A DNA stretch of 64,000 nt from Chlamydiae bacterium RIFCSPLOWO2_12_FULL_45_20 (GTDB lineage: Bacteria; Chlamydiota; Chlamydiia; Chlamydiales; SM23-39): positions 65,415-129,414 of the forward strand of contig MGMD01000010.1 of assembly GCA_001796285.1 (NCBI GenBank), read 5' to 3'. The notes under the pieces were generated by a model. The model was not told where the DNA came from. It worked only from the letters and a program-made list of their open reading frames with translations, and did no database searches. The translations under genes were made by a program, and so were the position numbers. Of the stretch, positions 59,969 to 64,000 are shown one piece after another. Numbering within the stretch: the first letter of the stretch is position 1; each line of letters begins with the position of its first letter.

Positions 59969-60442
59969 ATGGCAGTAATTAGACTTGCAACCACGGTGGT
60001 TACCCGATTTTTCATCAGTCTTGTGTTCTTGGCTGGGGCTGTCAACAAAATTTTACACTGGCATGATGCGGAAAAGCTTCTCCTTCAGACGCTTAGCGAT
60101 TGGCAAGCATTCCTTGGATCTTCCGATTTTTTTCATAATTTTTTACATTTCATCATCCCCCTAACGCCACTCATCCTGTTGGTAGAAACTCTTTTTGAGC
60201 TTTTGGGGGGGCTTTTAGTGTTGTTAGGCATCAAAGAAAAGTTAGGAGCTCTTTTATTGATTTTTTTTCTCGTTCCAACGACAATTATCATGCATCAGTT
60301 TTGGTATGTTGATGGCGCGATGCGCGAGTTGCAACTGATCCATTTTCTCAAGAATGTGGCTATTGTGGGGGGATTGATCTTGATTGTGCTCCAAGGTACA
60401 ACGCAAGCGGCGCCTCCAAAACCAAGACACCCATTTCAGTAG
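59969..60442 (+). CDS. DoxX family membrane protein
   Basis: FELLGGLLVLLG, HQFW, FLKNVAIVGGL. Confidence 0.85.
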   Translation: MAVIRLATTVVTRFFISLVFLAGAVNKILHWHDAEKLLLQTLSDWQAFLGSSDFFHNFLHFIIPLTPLILLVETLFELLGGLLVLLGIKEKLGALLLIFFLVPTTIIMHQFWYVDGAMRELQLIHFLKNVAIVGGLILIVLQGTTQAAPPKPRHPFQ

Positions 60443-60473
60443 ACCTCAGAACTTGGGTTATACAAGAGGTCTA
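60440..60473. repeat. TA-flanked palindromic element, best-preserved termini
   Basis: TAGACCTC-AGAACTTGGGTTATACAA-GAGGTCTA with a perfect 8-bp inverted repeat. Confidence 0.7.
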
Positions 60474-60486
60474 GTAAACCGATTTG

Positions 60487-62172
60487 ATGAGCCTACAACC
60501 CCCTTATTCGACCACTAAATTGCAGCGTTTTGGTGCAGCTCAGCTGCCAGTTTTTGCATCACGTTGGGTGTATTTTGTTCTAAGTTTTTTGGTTACTGCC
60601 TTTGCGCAACCTGCATGGGTTCCGTGGCTGGGCTACCTGGCGGGAGCTTTTGGGTATGCGCTGTTCTGGAAGGGTCTTTTAGGGTTTAGAAGGAGGCGGG
60701 ACCGATTTTTACTTGCAGCCCTCTGGTTTTCTTTGGTGCAAGGCGTACAACTCTCATGGATGGCAACTACAGACTACATGGGGCCTTTGATCTATGTTTT
60801 GTATTTGTTTTTGATTCTTGGCATGGGGGTTCAATTCGGCATTTTATCTTTTTTGGTGAGCCCCTGGATGTCCATTTTTCGGATGGTTGCAGTATCGGGT
60901 TGTTGGGTGGTTTTTGAATGGCTAAGACTTTATTTTTTTTGCGGCTTTACTTGGAATCAGATAGGCCTTGCGCTGGCAGGCTCTCACTATTCTTTGCAGT
61001 TTGCGTCTGTGTGTGGGATCTTCGGGCTTTCGTTTTGGGTCCTTTGGGTTAACTTATGGGCTCTAAAAGCGTGGACTGAAAAATGTAAAAAACTGGCTTT
61101 TTGCTGGGGAGCTTTAGCGTGCTTTCCATACCTTTTTGGGTGGACCCACCAGTGGGTGATTGAACGGACGGCCCCTGTTTCGAAAAAGCTTGAGGTGCTC
61201 CTAATCCAAACGGGGCTTTTCCCTGAACAAAAAGATTTATTTCTCGATATGCCTGAAGCCTACCTTTCTCCGCTTGTGCAATGGCAGCGCATTTTGCACG
61301 TGCTGGATGGGTCTAAAAAAGCAGATCTTATCCTATTTCCAGAAGCAGCTCTTCCTTTAGGAGCGCATGTTGCTGGGTATGCTTTGGACGATGTAAAACA
61401 TATCGTGCAGGAGGATTTCTTTCCTCCATTGGAGAGTCCTTTTGCGATATTCAGTGAAGGACAGTGGAAAGTGAACAATGGATTCATTCTCCAGGCGCTG
61501 GCCAATCAACACGAAGCGGATATTATCGTGGGGCTTGATGATCGTGATTGGACGGGAAAGTACAATGCTGCTTTTCATTTTGTTCCTTGGAAAAATAAGT
61601 ACTCTCGGTATGAAAAACAAATTTTGGTCCCGATTGGAGAATACATTCCAGCTAGCCAATTTAGAAGGTTTTCTCAATTTGTTTCAGCCAGTTTTGGCGT
61701 TTATAGCTCGTTTGATCCTGGCAAGGAGAGTAAAATTTTTCACTCACATGTACCGATCGGTATTTCCATTTGCCTGGAGGAGACGTTTGGCCATTTAATC
61801 CGGAGGTGCCGCCTGCTGGGTGCGGAACTTTTTGTCAATATTACCAATGACGTGTGGTTTCCGCATTCAAAACTGCCTGAACAACATTTTCATCATGGTC
61901 GGGTCCGATCGGTTGAAAATGGAGTGCCTATTTTGCGCTCTTGTAATACGGGAATTACAGGCGCGATCGATTGTTTTGGTCGCGTGGTGAAAGTTTTACC
62001 TAAGTCAGAAACACAGGTTTATGCCATGCATCTGACGCTCCCTATGCAGTCTTATCGAACCCTTTACTCTTTGTGGGGCGATGCAGGGATTTTGACTATT
62101 AGTTCCTTGGGCATGATCTTGTATCTCTTAAGAAAAAGTTGCCGTAAATGTATAACTCGGTTAATTTTCTAG
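60487..62172 (+). CDS. lnt: apolipoprotein N-acyltransferase
   Basis: FPEAA, KQILVPIGEY, ICLE, TNDVWF, NTGIT. Confidence 0.92.
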   Translation: MSLQPPYSTTKLQRFGAAQLPVFASRWVYFVLSFLVTAFAQPAWVPWLGYLAGAFGYALFWKGLLGFRRRRDRFLLAALWFSLVQGVQLSWMATTDYMGPLIYVLYLFLILGMGVQFGILSFLVSPWMSIFRMVAVSGCWVVFEWLRLYFFCGFTWNQIGLALAGSHYSLQFASVCGIFGLSFWVLWVNLWALKAWTEKCKKLAFCWGALACFPYLFGWTHQWVIERTAPVSKKLEVLLIQTGLFPEQKDLFLDMPEAYLSPLVQWQRILHVLDGSKKADLILFPEAALPLGAHVAGYALDDVKHIVQEDFFPPLESPFAIFSEGQWKVNNGFILQALANQHEADIIVGLDDRDWTGKYNAAFHFVPWKNKYSRYEKQILVPIGEYIPASQFRRFSQFVSASFGVYSSFDPGKESKIFHSHVPIGISICLEETFGHLIRRCRLLGAELFVNITNDVWFPHSKLPEQHFHHGRVRSVENGVPILRSCNTGITGAIDCFGRVVKVLPKSETQVYAMHLTLPMQSYRTLYSLWGDAGILTISSLGMILYLLRKSCRKCITRLIF

Positions 62173-62202
62173 CTAGATTTTCCGAGTAATAGAGGTAATG
62201 GA

Positions 62203-63066
62203 TTGGTCGGCTCAGAGCCCTCCTTAGAAGGGGAAAAGCAAACAACGATTGCAAAGGAGGTTTCTGCTTCTGGTATCGGGCTGTTTACAGGAGAGAAGGT
62301 TGCATTAAAAATTCTTCCAGCCCTTCCCAATACGGGGATTGTATTTACGCGCGTAGATCTTCCAGGAAAACCCCAAATTCCTGCTTGCTTGCGATTTGTT
62401 CGTGAAGCTCCTCGTTGCACCCGACTCGCCACAGTGGATGCGAGTGTTCATATGGTAGAGCATCTTCTTTCTGCGCTGAAGGGAATGGGAGTCGATAATG
62501 CGCAAATTGAGGTAGAGGGGCCTGAAATCTTAGCGGCTGATGGTAGCGCAAAGCTTTTTTGTGATTTGTTGGAACAAGCTGAGATCTCTATACAAGATGT
62601 AGATCGCCGTGTACTGAAAATTTCCAGGCCTATTTTTTGGTCAGAAGGGGAGGTTCATCTCATTGCCCTTCCATCGAATGAGTTTCGTGTCAGTTATACG
62701 TTGCATTATCCCCAATCCCCCTTGCTTCGCTCGCAGTACTACACGGTCCAAGTGAATCCTCGACATTTTAGAGAGGAAATCGCGCCTTGTCGGACCTTTT
62801 CCCTCTATGAAGAAATCCTCCCGTTTATAGAAAGGGGAATGATGAAAGGGGGCGGGCTGGAAAATGCCTTGGTGATCCGGGAAGATCAAATTATGAATCC
62901 CGAAGGGGCTCGCTTTCCAGATGAGATGGTCAGACATAAAATTTTGGACTTAATTGGGGACTTTTTCTTGTTAGGGCCTATTTTAGGACATATCATTTCG
63001 GTTCGCTCCGGTCATTCTAGTAATATAGCCTTTGCGAAATTGATCGAAACGTTGGAGTGCCCGTAA
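62203..63066 (+). CDS. lpxC: UDP-3-O-acyl-GlcNAc deacetylase
   Basis: VEHLLSAL, DGSA, RHKILDLIGD. Confidence 0.95.
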   Translation: MVGSEPSLEGEKQTTIAKEVSASGIGLFTGEKVALKILPALPNTGIVFTRVDLPGKPQIPACLRFVREAPRCTRLATVDASVHMVEHLLSALKGMGVDNAQIEVEGPEILAADGSAKLFCDLLEQAEISIQDVDRRVLKISRPIFWSEGEVHLIALPSNEFRVSYTLHYPQSPLLRSQYYTVQVNPRHFREEIAPCRTFSLYEEILPFIERGMMKGGGLENALVIREDQIMNPEGARFPDEMVRHKILDLIGDFFLLGPILGHIISVRSGHSSNIAFAKLIETLECP

Positions 63067-63527
63067 TGGAGCCAAACAAACGTCCCTTCATCTTTAATGC
63101 GAAGGACATCGAAAAAATTCTTCCTCATCGCTATCCTTTTCTTCTTGTGGATCGAATTTTAGAGATCAACTTGGAAGAAAATGAGATCATTGGGTTGAAG
63201 AATGTGACAGTCAATGAGCCATTTTTTCAAGGGCACTTCCCCAGTGTACCCATTATGCCTGGCGTGTTGATTTTAGAAGCTTTAGCGCAGACTGGTGGCG
63301 TCCTTGTTCACCAGAAAGGCTATGTGAAAAAGATTGCTGTTCTTTTAAATGTTACGGGAGCGAAGTTTCGCAGGCCTGTACTGCCTGGCGATGCGCTTCT
63401 TTTGTATGCAAAGGCGCAACATATAAGTGGAAATGGCGGAAAAATTAAGGCGAAAGCTATGATTGGGCAAGTCCTAGCTGTCGAAGCAGAATTGAGCTTT
63501 GCCCTTGTAGATAAAGACCAATTGTAA
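63066..63527 (+). CDS. fabZ: 3-hydroxyacyl-ACP dehydratase
   Basis: LPHRYPFLLVD, GHFP, MPGVLILEALAQ. Confidence 0.96.
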   Translation: MEPNKRPFIFNAKDIEKILPHRYPFLLVDRILEINLEENEIIGLKNVTVNEPFFQGHFPSVPIMPGVLILEALAQTGGVLVHQKGYVKKIAVLLNVTGAKFRRPVLPGDALLLYAKAQHISGNGGKIKAKAMIGQVLAVEAELSFALVDKDQL

Positions 63528-63545
63528 TCTCAAAATCGGATTTTC

Positions 63546-64000
63546 ATGTCTAATATACACCCTCAAGCCATTGTAGAACCCGGAGCGCAAATTGGGAATC
63601 ATGTGACGATCGAAGCTTTTGCTGTGATTAAAGGCACGGTGACCCTCGAGGATCATGTAGTGATTAAGTCCCACGCCTATATTGATGGAAATACTACCAT
63701 AGGTAATAGTACAGTCGTATGGCCTGGTGCCAGTATCGGAACCAAAACACAAGATTTGAAGTATCGGGGAGAGAAAACGTTTGTCTCCATCGGTAAGCGA
63801 TGTGAAATTCGGGAATTTGTCACAATTAACTCTTCTTGTCAGGAAAATTCCACGGTCCGAATAGGTGATGACTGCCTGATTATGGCCTATTGCCACGTGG
63901 CGCATAACTGTGAAATTGGGAATAAAGTGGTGATGTCCAATAGCGCAATGCTGGCCGGGCATGTCATTGTAGAAGATTATGCGATCATCGGCGGGATGAC
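63546..64000 (+). CDS. lpxA: UDP-N-acetylglucosamine acyltransferase (partial; runs off the window)
   Basis: [31 protein letters not shown] hexapeptide repeats; follows fabZ. Confidence 0.93.
   Translation, partial: MSNIHPQAIVEPGAQIGNHVTIEAFAVIKGTVTLEDHVVIKSHAYIDGNTTIGNSTVVWPGASIGTKTQDLKYRGEKTFVSIGKRCEIREFVTINSSCQENSTVRIGDDCLIMAYCHVAHNCEIGNKVVMSNSAMLAGHVIVEDYAIIGGM

Overview
This window is chromosomal DNA from an environmental member of the Chlamydiota. The assignment rests on euo, DUF2709, uhpC-dnaE-bamD-lptE-rsbW, the oversized PBP2 and SecDF, and an Asp-type MurA. Most of it is core housekeeping backbone: pbp2, rpsB-tsf-frr, three tRNAs, argS, murA, ispF, gltX, tsp, euo, recJ, secDF, purA, uppS-cdsA-cmk/plsC, hisS, dnaE and lnt-lpxC-fabZ-lpxA. 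Two accessory regions interrupt it. (1) A decayed integrative island at tRNA-Lys (~6.8-12.3 kb) holds an integrase/DUF1016 remnant, a 30-bp att duplication, a 273-bp gene-less IS200/IS605 miniature that keeps both ends, a putative promoter and a TnpB omegaRNA-like scaffold, an IS3 scar, a eukaryote-type PP2C, a GNAT and a sterol C24-methyltransferase homolog. (2) A region after argS (~17.9-22.4 kb) holds Nudix/RidA/PfkB-fragment/DUF2608 genes, a 5'-truncated class IIC group II intron and an orphan 604-aa gene. A family of short TA-flanked palindromic elements (TAGACCTC...GAGGTCTA) sits at gene junctions, including the site where pyrH is missing. All calls come from reading the sequence and from recalled family motifs; no database searches were run.
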